From contig JBPPMT010000105.1 of assembly GCA_051306195.1 (NCBI GenBank), positions 56,858 through 120,857 of the forward strand: a stretch of 64,000 bases of DNA. The letters are read 5' to 3'. Position 1 is the stretch's first letter, and each line of letters begins with the position of its first letter. This document shows positions 19,267-27,890 of this stretch, one piece after another. A program made the position numbers and the translations under genes. The stretch comes from Solirubrobacterales bacterium (lineage in GTDB: Bacteria; Actinomycetota; Thermoleophilia; Solirubrobacterales; 70-9). The notes beneath the pieces were generated by a model. It worked only from the letters and a program-made list of their open reading frames with translations, searched no databases and was not told where the DNA came from.

Positions 19267-19716
19267 ATGGCTGACGAAGTCCTGGCGAAAGCGCTGGGGG
19301 CGATCGGGCGGAAGGAACGCACGGTCGTCGAAATGCGGCAGTGGCTGGGTGATCGTGAGATCGAGCAGGAGGAGATTGACCGGGTCGTCAATTTCCTGAT
19401 CGAGAACGAAGCGCTGAACGACCGCAAGTTCGCCTTTGAATACACCTCGGACAAGCGGGAGATATCCGGCTGGGGGCAGACCCGGATCCGGGAGACGCTG
19501 CGGAAGCGTGGCATGCCCGAAAACCTGATTCAGGAGGCCCTGGCGGAGGATCAGGGGGAGTCCGAGGTCGACAGGGCGACCAAGGTGCTCGAGGAGCGCG
19601 GAGCTGATCTCACCGATGATCGTGGCAAGAGCCGGGCGCTCGGGTTGCTTTCCCGGCGCGGGTACTCCTCGGAGGAGGCCTATGCGGCAATCAGAAGGAA
19701 ATGTTCCGACCTCTGA
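19267..19716 (+). CDS. recX: recombination regulator RecX
   Basis: 149 aa with helical-repeat composition (AL..L..KERT..E....L...). Confidence 0.85.
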   Translation: MADEVLAKALGAIGRKERTVVEMRQWLGDREIEQEEIDRVVNFLIENEALNDRKFAFEYTSDKREISGWGQTRIRETLRKRGMPENLIQEALAEDQGESEVDRATKVLEERGADLTDDRGKSRALGLLSRRGYSSEEAYAAIRRKCSDL

Positions 19717-19763
19717 AGCGCTGAAGGCGGGCCGGGGCGGTCAGGTACCTTTAAACGCAGGTA

Positions 19764-21233
19764 ATGGAACTGCGATCAATCATCCCGGCATGGCTCCGGT
19801 CCGGCACGGCCGAACAGGAGGATGTCCGTCCGGATGAGGTCGCTCCAGCAAACGGGAACGGTCGTGACCCGGCTCCGATGCCCTCTTCCGACAATGGCTC
19901 GTATTCCGCCCAGGCTGAACTCCGCGCCCGTCGCGAGGAGATCATCCGGATGGAAGAACGGGCGCTCCGCGAACTGGAGTCAGCGCAGACCCGGCTGAGG
20001 GAAGCCGATCGCCGGGGCGAGCTGCTGGAAGCCCGCGAGCAGGAAGTACGCGATGCGGAGAAGGAGATCGCCCTTACCCGGGAGAAACAGCTCGATGAAC
20101 TCGAGCGGGTTGCCGGCCTTTCCCAGACTCAGGCCCGGAAGCTGCTGCTCAAAGAGGTGGAAGAGCAGGCGACCCATCAGGCCGGCCTCACGATCAAGCG
20201 GATCGAAGACGAAGCCAAACTTGAATCGGAACGCCGGGCGCGCGGGATCCTTGCGGTGGCGATGCAGAGGCTCGCTTCGAACCAGTCGATCGAAGGCAAT
20301 ACCTACTCGATCCACCTGCCTTCGGAGGACATGAAAGGCCGGATCATCGGCAAGGACGGACGGAATATCCGGTCCCTGGAGAACCTGACCGGGGTCGACA
20401 TCATCATCGACGAGACCCCGGAAACCGTGGTGCTGTCAAGTTTTGACGGGGTTCGTCGTGAAATTGCCCGGTTGACGCTCGAAAAACTGATTGCCGACGG
20501 CAGGATCCATCCGGCGTCTTGCGAGGCGGCCTTCAACGAGGCTGAATCCGAGATCGACGACGTCATGATCGAAGCCGCCGAGGCGGCGCTGCTCGAGGCC
20601 AGGGTCACCGGCCTCCATCCGGAACTGGTCCGGCTGCTCGGCCGGCTCAGGTTCCGCACCAGCTACAGCCAGAACGTGCTCGCCCACCTGGTCGAGTCTT
20701 CACAGCTCGCAGCGATGATGGCGGCGGAACTCGGTGCGTCGGTCGAGGTGGCGCGTCGGGCCGCGCTGCTCCATGACATCGGCAAAGCGGTAAGTCATGA
20801 AGTCGAAGGTACCCATGCTTCGGTTGGAGCCCGCCTGGCCCGTCGGTACGACGAGATCGACGCGATCACCCACGCGATCGAGGCCCACCACAACGAAATC
20901 GAACCGGTGACGGTGGAAGCCGTGATCGTTCAGGCTGCCGACGCCCTTTCCGGGGCCCGCCCGGGTGCCCGCGGTGATTCACTCGAGCAATACGTCACCA
21001 GGCTTGGGGACCTGGAGGAGATCGCCCTCAGACAGGACGGCGTGCGCAAGGTCTACGCGATGCAGGCCGGCCGGGAGATCCGGGTGATGGTTGATCCGGG
21101 TCAGGTCGACGACCGCGCTTTGGCCGTGATCTCCCACGAAATCGCCACCGCGATCGAAAGGGAAATGGATTACCCCGGACAGATCAAGATCACCGTGATC
21201 CGCGAGCTCCGGGCGACAAAGATCGCCCGTTAG
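19764..21233 (+). CDS. rny: ribonuclease Y (KH plus HD domains)
   Basis: 489 aa. Coiled-coil N-region, KH domain (IIGKDGRNIRSLENLTGVDIIIDETP) and HD domain (LLHDIGKA...HHNE). No N-terminal TM helix. An in-frame TAA at 19752-19754 forbids extension. Confidence 0.92.
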   Translation: MELRSIIPAWLRSGTAEQEDVRPDEVAPANGNGRDPAPMPSSDNGSYSAQAELRARREEIIRMEERALRELESAQTRLREADRRGELLEAREQEVRDAEKEIALTREKQLDELERVAGLSQTQARKLLLKEVEEQATHQAGLTIKRIEDEAKLESERRARGILAVAMQRLASNQSIEGNTYSIHLPSEDMKGRIIGKDGRNIRSLENLTGVDIIIDETPETVVLSSFDGVRREIARLTLEKLIADGRIHPASCEAAFNEAESEIDDVMIEAAEAALLEARVTGLHPELVRLLGRLRFRTSYSQNVLAHLVESSQLAAMMAAELGASVEVARRAALLHDIGKAVSHEVEGTHASVGARLARRYDEIDAITHAIEAHHNEIEPVTVEAVIVQAADALSGARPGARGDSLEQYVTRLGDLEEIALRQDGVRKVYAMQAGREIRVMVDPGQVDDRALAVISHEIATAIEREMDYPGQIKITVIRELRATKIAR

Positions 21234-21303
21234 GCCTGCGTTTCCGGGGATGTCGGCTGCCAGAGGGCAAACCGACTTCCCGAGCAGGTAGGATTCGCCA
21301 CTC

Positions 21304-21570
21304 ATGGACGTAAAGAATGCTTTCCTCGCCTTTGGACTCTGCCTCGCCGCTCTCGCCGTGATCGTCACCGTCATCGGCATGCGCAAGGAGAACTTCCCGG
21401 GCCGGGGCGTCATGTCCGGCCTGCTGGTCCTGGCCGTGTTCCTGGTTGGGGGCACCGCGTTCTACGCCGTGAAGCTGGCTCAGCATGAACAGGAAGAGCG
21501 CGAGCACGGTGAGCACCCGGTCGGTGAGGAGGCTTCTGTCTCCCCGGTCGTGATTCCCGCCCGTTTCTGA
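21304..21570 (+). CDS. small two-TM membrane protein, function unknown
   Basis: 88 aa with two hydrophobic spans separated by a short basic loop, and an acidic/His-rich tail. Confidence 0.5.
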   Translation: MDVKNAFLAFGLCLAALAVIVTVIGMRKENFPGRGVMSGLLVLAVFLVGGTAFYAVKLAQHEQEEREHGEHPVGEEASVSPVVIPARF

Positions 21571-21619
21571 GCCCCGCGGAATCTCCCGCCCGCAGGCTGC
21601 CCCGGTAAGCTCGCCCGGC

Positions 21620-22939
21620 ATGAAGTTCCACGTCACAACCTTCGGTTGTCAGATGAATACGCACGATTCCGAGCGCATGAAAGGCATGCTCAACTCGCTC
21701 GGCTATTCGGAGGTCGAGGAGCGCAGTGACGCCGACCTGATCCTCTTCAATACCTGCTCGATTCGAGAAAACGCTGACCATCGTTTCATCTCGCATCTGG
21801 GCGAGGCGAAACGGCTGAAGTCCGAGGACCCGTCCCGGATCGTCGGCGTCGGTGGCTGCTGGGCCCAGTCGGTAAAAGAAGAAGTCTTCCGCCGGTTCCC
21901 GTTCGTCGACGTTGCTTTCGGCCCGGGCCAGATCCACCGCCTGGCTGAGTTCCTGAACTCGGATTCGATCACCGCCCAGGGTTACTTCGAGTTCGAGGAG
22001 TTCTCCGGGGACCTTCCTTCCCATCGGGAACGGGAGTTCCAGGGCTGGCTTCAGATTTCACAGGGCTGCAACTGCGCCTGCTCCTACTGCATCGTGCCGA
22101 GCACCCGGGGTCACGAGAAGAGCCGGGATCCGGACCTGCTGGTCGCTGATGCCGAAAGACAGGCTGCCGACGGTGTAATGGAAATCACCCTTTTGGGGCA
22201 GAACGTGAACAGCTATGGTCGCGATCTTCCCAAAGAGACAAGGATTCGCTTTTCGGATCTCTTGCGTCGAATCGACGCGATTGACGGCATCGAGCGAATC
22301 AGATACATGAGCCCGCATCCGAAAGACATGCGTGAAGACGTGATCGATGCCCACGCTGAACTCCCGGCGCTCTGCGAACACATCCACCTGCCACTCCAGT
22401 CGGGTTCAAGCCCGATCCTCAAGAAGATGCGTCGCACCTACAACCGTGAGCGGTATCTGGACCGGGTGGCGATGATTCGCGAGCGTTTGCCCGACTGCGG
22501 CATCACTACCGACATAATCGTCGGCTTTCCGGGGGAAACCGACGCCGATTTCGCCCAGACGCTGGAAGTGGCAGAGCAGGTTGGTTACGACGGCGCCTAC
22601 ACCTTCATGTATTCACCACGAAGGGGAACCCTCGCTGCCGAGATGGACGGGCAGGTCACCCATCCCGTGAAGAAGGAAAGGATGGCGGCGCTGATCGAAG
22701 TAATTCAGCGTCGAGCGAAGGAGCAGGCACAGCGCTTTGTGGGGCATCCGGTTGAGGTCCTGGTGGAAGGTCCGAGCCGAAGTGACCCGACCCGCATCCG
22801 CGGCCGCAGCCGCCACAACAAGGCCGTGAACTTCGAAGGGACCGCGCATGCCGGCCAGCTGGTGGAAGTCGAGATCACTTCGGCCACCTCGTTGTCCCTG
22901 ACCGGCACGGAGAGGCTGCTCAGCAGGATCACGGTGTGA
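21620..22939 (+). CDS. miaB: tRNA-2-methylthio-N6-dimethylallyladenosine synthase (radical SAM)
   Basis: 439 aa. UPF0004 N-domain (TFGCQMN), radical-SAM cluster motif CNCACSYC and a TRAM C-terminus. Confidence 0.95.
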   Translation: MKFHVTTFGCQMNTHDSERMKGMLNSLGYSEVEERSDADLILFNTCSIRENADHRFISHLGEAKRLKSEDPSRIVGVGGCWAQSVKEEVFRRFPFVDVAFGPGQIHRLAEFLNSDSITAQGYFEFEEFSGDLPSHREREFQGWLQISQGCNCACSYCIVPSTRGHEKSRDPDLLVADAERQAADGVMEITLLGQNVNSYGRDLPKETRIRFSDLLRRIDAIDGIERIRYMSPHPKDMREDVIDAHAELPALCEHIHLPLQSGSSPILKKMRRTYNRERYLDRVAMIRERLPDCGITTDIIVGFPGETDADFAQTLEVAEQVGYDGAYTFMYSPRRGTLAAEMDGQVTHPVKKERMAALIEVIQRRAKEQAQRFVGHPVEVLVEGPSRSDPTRIRGRSRHNKAVNFEGTAHAGQLVEVEITSATSLSLTGTERLLSRITV

Positions 22940-23871
22940 CTGCTCCGGAACCCGCCGGGACGGATTCGCAGCCGGTAGTTGCCCTGTTCGGTCCTACGGG
23001 AATCGGCAAGACCGGGATCTCGATTGAACTGGCCGACCTGTTGCGGGCGCGGGGCATCGAGCCCGTAGCCATCAACTGCGACGCGATTCAGGTCTACTCA
23101 GGGCTGGAGATCATCAGTGGTGCCGCCGGACCGGAGGAGAACGCGCGCCTCGAGCACCGCCTGACGGGGTTCGTACCGGTTGACGAAGAGTTCAGTGCCG
23201 GCCGCTACGGAGCGAGGGCCCACGCGGAGATCGACAACTGCCTCGAAGCAGGGTCCCAGCCGATCCTGGTCGGCGGCACCGGCCTGTATCTGCGAGCCGC
23301 TCTGGCCGAGATCGACTTCCGGCCAGCGGTGCCGGAAGAGCTTCGGGAAGAAGTGGAGGCTGAGCTCGAAAAAGAAGGTCCGGCTGCTCTTCACGAGACC
23401 CTGCCAGCCGAGTTCCGGGATTCAATCCACCCGAATGACCGGAAGCGGATCGCGCGAACGGTTGAGTTGATCCGTAATGGGCAGGAGCCGGCCCGGGACC
23501 ACAGGGGAGGTGGAGACCTCTGGACCGCGGACCTGCGCCGTCCCGCCCTGTTGTTCGGCCTGGTGGAGGACGACGAGACCCTGGTCGGGCGGATCGACTC
23601 CAGGGTGAACGAGATGGCCGAACTTGGGGCAAAGGACGAGGTTGAAAGGGCGATCGCAGCGGGTGCATCCCGAACTGCCCGCGCCGCAATCGGATTTCAG
23701 GAGTTCCTGGACGGTGACCTGGACCGGGTGAAGCTGCTCCACCGCCGCTACGGCAGGCGGCAGATGACCTGGATGAGGCGGATGGACGGGGTCCGGATCA
23801 TCGAGCGCAAAGGCCGTTCTGACAGGGCCGTGGCCGAGGACATCTTTGTACGGGTCCCTGTATTCGGATAG
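22936..23871 (+). CDS. miaA: tRNA dimethylallyltransferase
   Basis: 311 aa with P-loop GPTGIGKT and the VGGTGLYL motif. 4-nt overlap with miaB. Confidence 0.93.
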   Translation: MTAPEPAGTDSQPVVALFGPTGIGKTGISIELADLLRARGIEPVAINCDAIQVYSGLEIISGAAGPEENARLEHRLTGFVPVDEEFSAGRYGARAHAEIDNCLEAGSQPILVGGTGLYLRAALAEIDFRPAVPEELREEVEAELEKEGPAALHETLPAEFRDSIHPNDRKRIARTVELIRNGQEPARDHRGGGDLWTADLRRPALLFGLVEDDETLVGRIDSRVNEMAELGAKDEVERAIAAGASRTARAAIGFQEFLDGDLDRVKLLHRRYGRRQMTWMRRMDGVRIIERKGRSDRAVAEDIFVRVPVFG

Positions 23872-23884
23872 CTTGCGGGGCCGC

Positions 23885-24730
23885 ATGAGGTTCGAGAAAT
23901 GGCAAGCACTGGGGAACGACTATGTGATCCTCGAAGAGGAGGCACTTCCCTGGCCTTTGAATCAGCAGCGCGTCCAGCGGATCTGCGATCCCCATTTCGG
24001 GGTCGGGTCGGACGGCGTGCTGCTGATCTCGCGTAGCGACGATCCGGCCTACGTGGCGAAACTGAGGATCTTCAACCCCGATGGCTCGGAAGCCGAGCTT
24101 TCCGGCAACGGTGCCCGCGAGGCGATTCTCTACATGCGTCGTCATGGCTGGACCGAAGAGGACGCATTCACGATCCTGACCGAGTCCGGCCCGGTGACCC
24201 CTCAGATCACCTCGGATCGCACCTGCTCAGTGAAGATGGGTCACGCCTCAACCACCTCACCCGACTTTCCGAGCGGAGCCGAGGACGGACTCGGTTCGGT
24301 TTCTTCGGCCGGCCGCGACTGGGACTTTCGCCACGTCTCGATCGGAAATCCTCAGTGCGCGATCGAGGTTGGTGCCGACATCGAAGGCCTGGACCTGAAG
24401 AAGATCGGACCGGACATCGAAAACAGCGGCCTGTTCCCGAACCGCACCAACGTTTCTTTCTTTCGTGTTTCCGGATCCCGGGTGCGAGCCAGGATCTTCG
24501 AGCGCGGAGTGGGAGAGACCCTCTCTTCCGGCACCGGAGCGAGCGGGGCGGCCGTCGCGGCTTACCTCGGTGGTGCGCCCAGCCCGATCACGGTCGAGCT
24601 TGATGGAGGCGAACTGCTGGTGGAGATCAGCCCCGAACTCGAAGTGACTCTCACCGGATGGGCCGAACCGATCCTGGCCGGTGAACTCGCTCCGGAACTG
24701 GTCGAGTCGATGGCCGACCTCATCGCCTGA
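23885..24730 (+). CDS. dapF: diaminopimelate epimerase
   Basis: 281 aa from ATG 23885 (MRFEKWQALGNDYVIL), with catalytic Cys motifs (SGNGAR; ERGVGETLSSGTGA). The ORF-track start at 23846 would overlap miaA. Confidence 0.9.
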   Translation: MRFEKWQALGNDYVILEEEALPWPLNQQRVQRICDPHFGVGSDGVLLISRSDDPAYVAKLRIFNPDGSEAELSGNGAREAILYMRRHGWTEEDAFTILTESGPVTPQITSDRTCSVKMGHASTTSPDFPSGAEDGLGSVSSAGRDWDFRHVSIGNPQCAIEVGADIEGLDLKKIGPDIENSGLFPNRTNVSFFRVSGSRVRARIFERGVGETLSSGTGASGAAVAAYLGGAPSPITVELDGGELLVEISPELEVTLTGWAEPILAGELAPELVESMADLIA

Positions 24731-24781
24731 AGCGTCAGTATTCGGCACCGAAACCCAATTCAGTAACACCGAAAGGAAACT

Positions 24782-25951
24782 TTGGCTCTCACCGACCCGT
24801 CCAAGCGACTCGAAGCGATGCCCCCGTACATGTTCGCCGAGCTCGAACGTCGTATTGCCGATAAACGTGCGGCCGGGATCGACGTGATCAGCCTGGGGAT
24901 CGGTGATCCGGACATGCCGACCTACCCGCATGTCGTCGAAGCGATGCAGGCAGCGGTGACCGAGAACGGAAACCAGAAGTACCCGAGCAACCGCGGCCGT
25001 GAAGAGTTCAGGCAGGCATTCGCCGACTTCTACGCAGATCGTTTCGGAGTCACGATCGACCCCGATTCCGAAGTCATTCCGGCGATCGGCGCCAAGGAAT
25101 GCATCTACAACCTCTGCTTCGCTTTTCTCGATCCGGGTGACGTCGCTCTCGCTTCGGATCCGGGCTACCCGGTCTACACCGGTGGCCCGATCCTCGCCGG
25201 CGCCGAAGCCGTGCTGCTGCCGCTCAAGGAAGAGCTCGGATTCGCCCCGGACCTCGAGGCGATCGACGAGCAGACCGCCAAACGGGCCCGCCTGCTGTTC
25301 CTGAACTACCCGAACAACCCCAGCGGTGCGATCGTGCCCGAAGGATTCTTCGAGAAGGTCGTCGAGTTCGCGAAGAAGAACGAGATCCTCGTGGTTCACG
25401 ACAACGCTTACTCCGAGACGACTTATGACGGCTACGTGGCTCCCAGCTTTCTCGCCACGCCTGGCGCAAAGGACGTCGGAGTAGAAGTCTTCTCGCTCTC
25501 GAAGGGCTACAACATGACCGGCTGGAGGGTGGGGGCGATTCTCGGCAACGCCGATGCGATCCAGACTTACTGGCGACTTAAGACAAATGTTGATTCCGGG
25601 CTCTTCGAAGCCGTCCAGCTCGCTGCTGTGGCAGCTCTCGACGGACCGACGGAGGCGCTGGAGGAAATGAACGCGATCTACGCCCGCCGTCGCGACCTGG
25701 TGGTCGACACCCTGCGCACGATCGGAGTCGACGTGGCCAGCCCCAAAGGCACGATCTACGTCTGGGCACCGGTGCCCGAAGGACACACCTCGGTCTCATT
25801 CTGCGAGATGGTTCTCGAAGAAGCAGCCGTTGTCATTTCACCCGGATCGATGTACGGCCGGAGCGGTGAGGGCTACTTCCGGATCTCGCTGACGACCCCC
25901 GACGAACGCCTCACCGAGGCGCTCGAACGGATGAAAGAGCACCTGGCCTGA
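24782..25951 (+). CDS. dapL: LL-diaminopimelate aminotransferase-type class I aminotransferase
   Basis: 389 aa with a TTG start after AAAGGAAA. Motifs are LEAMPPYMFAELERRI, VISLGIGDPD and the PLP-Lys motif FSLSKGYNMTGWRVG, which resembles the short DapL family. Adjacent to dapF. Confidence 0.75.
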   Translation: MALTDPSKRLEAMPPYMFAELERRIADKRAAGIDVISLGIGDPDMPTYPHVVEAMQAAVTENGNQKYPSNRGREEFRQAFADFYADRFGVTIDPDSEVIPAIGAKECIYNLCFAFLDPGDVALASDPGYPVYTGGPILAGAEAVLLPLKEELGFAPDLEAIDEQTAKRARLLFLNYPNNPSGAIVPEGFFEKVVEFAKKNEILVVHDNAYSETTYDGYVAPSFLATPGAKDVGVEVFSLSKGYNMTGWRVGAILGNADAIQTYWRLKTNVDSGLFEAVQLAAVAALDGPTEALEEMNAIYARRRDLVVDTLRTIGVDVASPKGTIYVWAPVPEGHTSVSFCEMVLEEAAVVISPGSMYGRSGEGYFRISLTTPDERLTEALERMKEHLA

Positions 25952-25966
25952 CCAGAGGCGGCACCG

Positions 25967-26812
25967 CTACTTGACGTCGACCTCCTGGATCATTCCCTTG
26001 AGGGCGTGGGGCGGGCCGCCCTGGCGGTCGCTGATGAAGCAGACAAGGGCATAAGCGCCGGACTCCAGTTCAACGTCAACCAACTGGCTCTGACCGCCGT
26101 CGAGGACTGCGGTTGCCTGCGACTCCGATTCGACGATCGGCGGGGGCCCAGAGCCGCCCTTGATCGACTTCTCGACGTCTTCGATCGTCGAGCCTTCCTT
26201 GATCGGCGCGAAGATGATGTGGTGCGGCTGGGCACCGATGTTGTCGAAGAGCACCTTGTTGTTGCCTGCCACGAGACCGTCAGGCTTGAATCCGTATTCG
26301 AAGGTGGCGACCGTGGCATCTGCTTCCAGGCCGGCATCCGAGGCGTCGCCTTCCACAGTGAAGCTCGCTGCGTTTTCCGCGACCGGATCACCCGAGGTAT
26401 CGAAAGCGAAGTACGTGCCCGGCTCCAGAACCTGGGTCACGGTGCTGCTTTCGCCGGGTTCCGTCTCACCGACGCCGCCAGCGGCAATGAACCAGTCGGG
26501 CAGCGGCTTGCCCTGCATCGTTCCGAGAAGTGCATCCGCGGCTTCCGGCGTTGTCTCCTTGCCTTCGGTACGGATCAACTGGAGATCGGTCGGACCTTCG
26601 GCGTCGTTTTCAAGAGTGATCTCGGCGGTCCCGGTATCAGCTGACTCAACTCCGCTGACGCTCACCGACCCCTTGTCACCCGAGGTGGTGAAGGTGAGTT
26701 GCTGGGCATTTTCTGAATCATCGTCACTACCGCAGGCTGCGAGCCCGAGGGGGATGGTGAAGGCGAGCAGGATCAGCAGGACGAGACGGGAACTGCTACC
26801 GCGACTGGACAA
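25967..26812 (-). CDS. secreted lipoprotein with two tandem cupredoxin-like repeats
   Basis: 281 aa with signal peptide and lipobox (LGLAAC). The two halves end in ...EPGTYFAF / ...ESGAYALVCF. The second half has a possible H...C-x10-H-x4-M copper-ligand set. Confidence 0.6.
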   Translation of the reverse strand: MSSRGSSSRLVLLILLAFTIPLGLAACGSDDDSENAQQLTFTTSGDKGSVSVSGVESADTGTAEITLENDAEGPTDLQLIRTEGKETTPEAADALLGTMQGKPLPDWFIAAGGVGETEPGESSTVTQVLEPGTYFAFDTSGDPVAENAASFTVEGDASDAGLEADATVATFEYGFKPDGLVAGNNKVLFDNIGAQPHHIIFAPIKEGSTIEDVEKSIKGGSGPPPIVESESQATAVLDGGQSQLVDVELESGAYALVCFISDRQGGPPHALKGMIQEVDVK

Positions 26813-26872
26813 GACTCTGACTCCTTGTTTGAGGGACGAGACCGAGGTACTGCGAGAAACCTAGCGCCTGCT

Positions 26873-27862
26873 TCAGGCTGTGTCCACCAGTCCTTCGGCC
26901 TTGAAGGTCTCGCGGAGGCCGGTCTCTAGGTCCCGCGGACGGAAGCCGAGTTCCTTCTTTGCCTTTTCGGGATTGGCCCAGAACGTCACCCCGTCGGTCG
27001 AAGCGATCAGCTCGGAGAGGTTCGGCGGCTGACCCATGACTTTGCCGACCAGCGGTCCGATCGGACGGAGCAGCTTGAGCAGACCCGTTGGCAGGGTCCG
27101 GCTGGGGGCCTTCTTGCCTGCCACCTTCGCCGATGTCTCGAGGATGTCTCTCATCGTCACGTTGCTGGAAGTCAGGATGTAGCTCTCGCCGATCTTGCCC
27201 TTGTCGAGGATCAGGGCGAGGCCCGAGGCGATGTCGTCAACGTGGGCAAGGCCGGTCCCGAAGTCCGGGAACGGAATCAGCGGCAGCTTGCCGTCGAGGA
27301 ACTGCTTGATGGTCCCGTCCAGAGCCGAATGGTCGCCGGGCCCATAAACGCCGGCCGGCTGGGCGATCACGCAGGGCAGCTTCTGATTCCTGATCAGGTC
27401 CTTGGCGATCTGATGCGCCTCGTACTTTGTCTCTTCGTAGTACGAAGTGAAGTTGAGGTCGGCGCGCTCGAACGATTCATCAACGACCTGCTGGTGGGTG
27501 TTTCCGAAGACGGCACAGGTCGAGACGTAAAGGACCCGCGGAATGCCGGCCTGGAGGCAGGCGTTCAGGACGTGGGCTGTTCCGTCGACGTTCGCTTCCT
27601 TCAGGGCCGGACGGCGGGATGCCGGAATTCCGACCTCGTAAAGCGCGGCGTTGTGGACGACGGCGTCGGCGCCCTGCATCTGCACGGCCAGGCGATCCTG
27701 GTCGGAAAGGTCTCCGTCCACGAGTTCGCAGCCGATCTCGGTCAGTTCAGTTGCCTTGGAGCGGTCGCGGACCAGGCAAGTCAGACTGTGCCCTTGATCG
27801 GTCAGGTGCCTGGCCGTCGAATTGCCGATGAATCCCGTTGCTCCCGTCATGAAGATCTTCAT
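26873..27862 (-). CDS. NAD-dependent epimerase/dehydratase (extended SDR)
   Basis: 329 aa with MKIFMTGATGFIGNS Rossmann motif and Y-x3-K (YEETKYEAH). Confidence 0.85.
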   Translation of the reverse strand: MKIFMTGATGFIGNSTARHLTDQGHSLTCLVRDRSKATELTEIGCELVDGDLSDQDRLAVQMQGADAVVHNAALYEVGIPASRRPALKEANVDGTAHVLNACLQAGIPRVLYVSTCAVFGNTHQQVVDESFERADLNFTSYYEETKYEAHQIAKDLIRNQKLPCVIAQPAGVYGPGDHSALDGTIKQFLDGKLPLIPFPDFGTGLAHVDDIASGLALILDKGKIGESYILTSSNVTMRDILETSAKVAGKKAPSRTLPTGLLKLLRPIGPLVGKVMGQPPNLSELIASTDGVTFWANPEKAKKELGFRPRDLETGLRETFKAEGLVDTA

Positions 27863-27890
27863 AACCGGGCAGGCTATCTAGGATGAAGGT

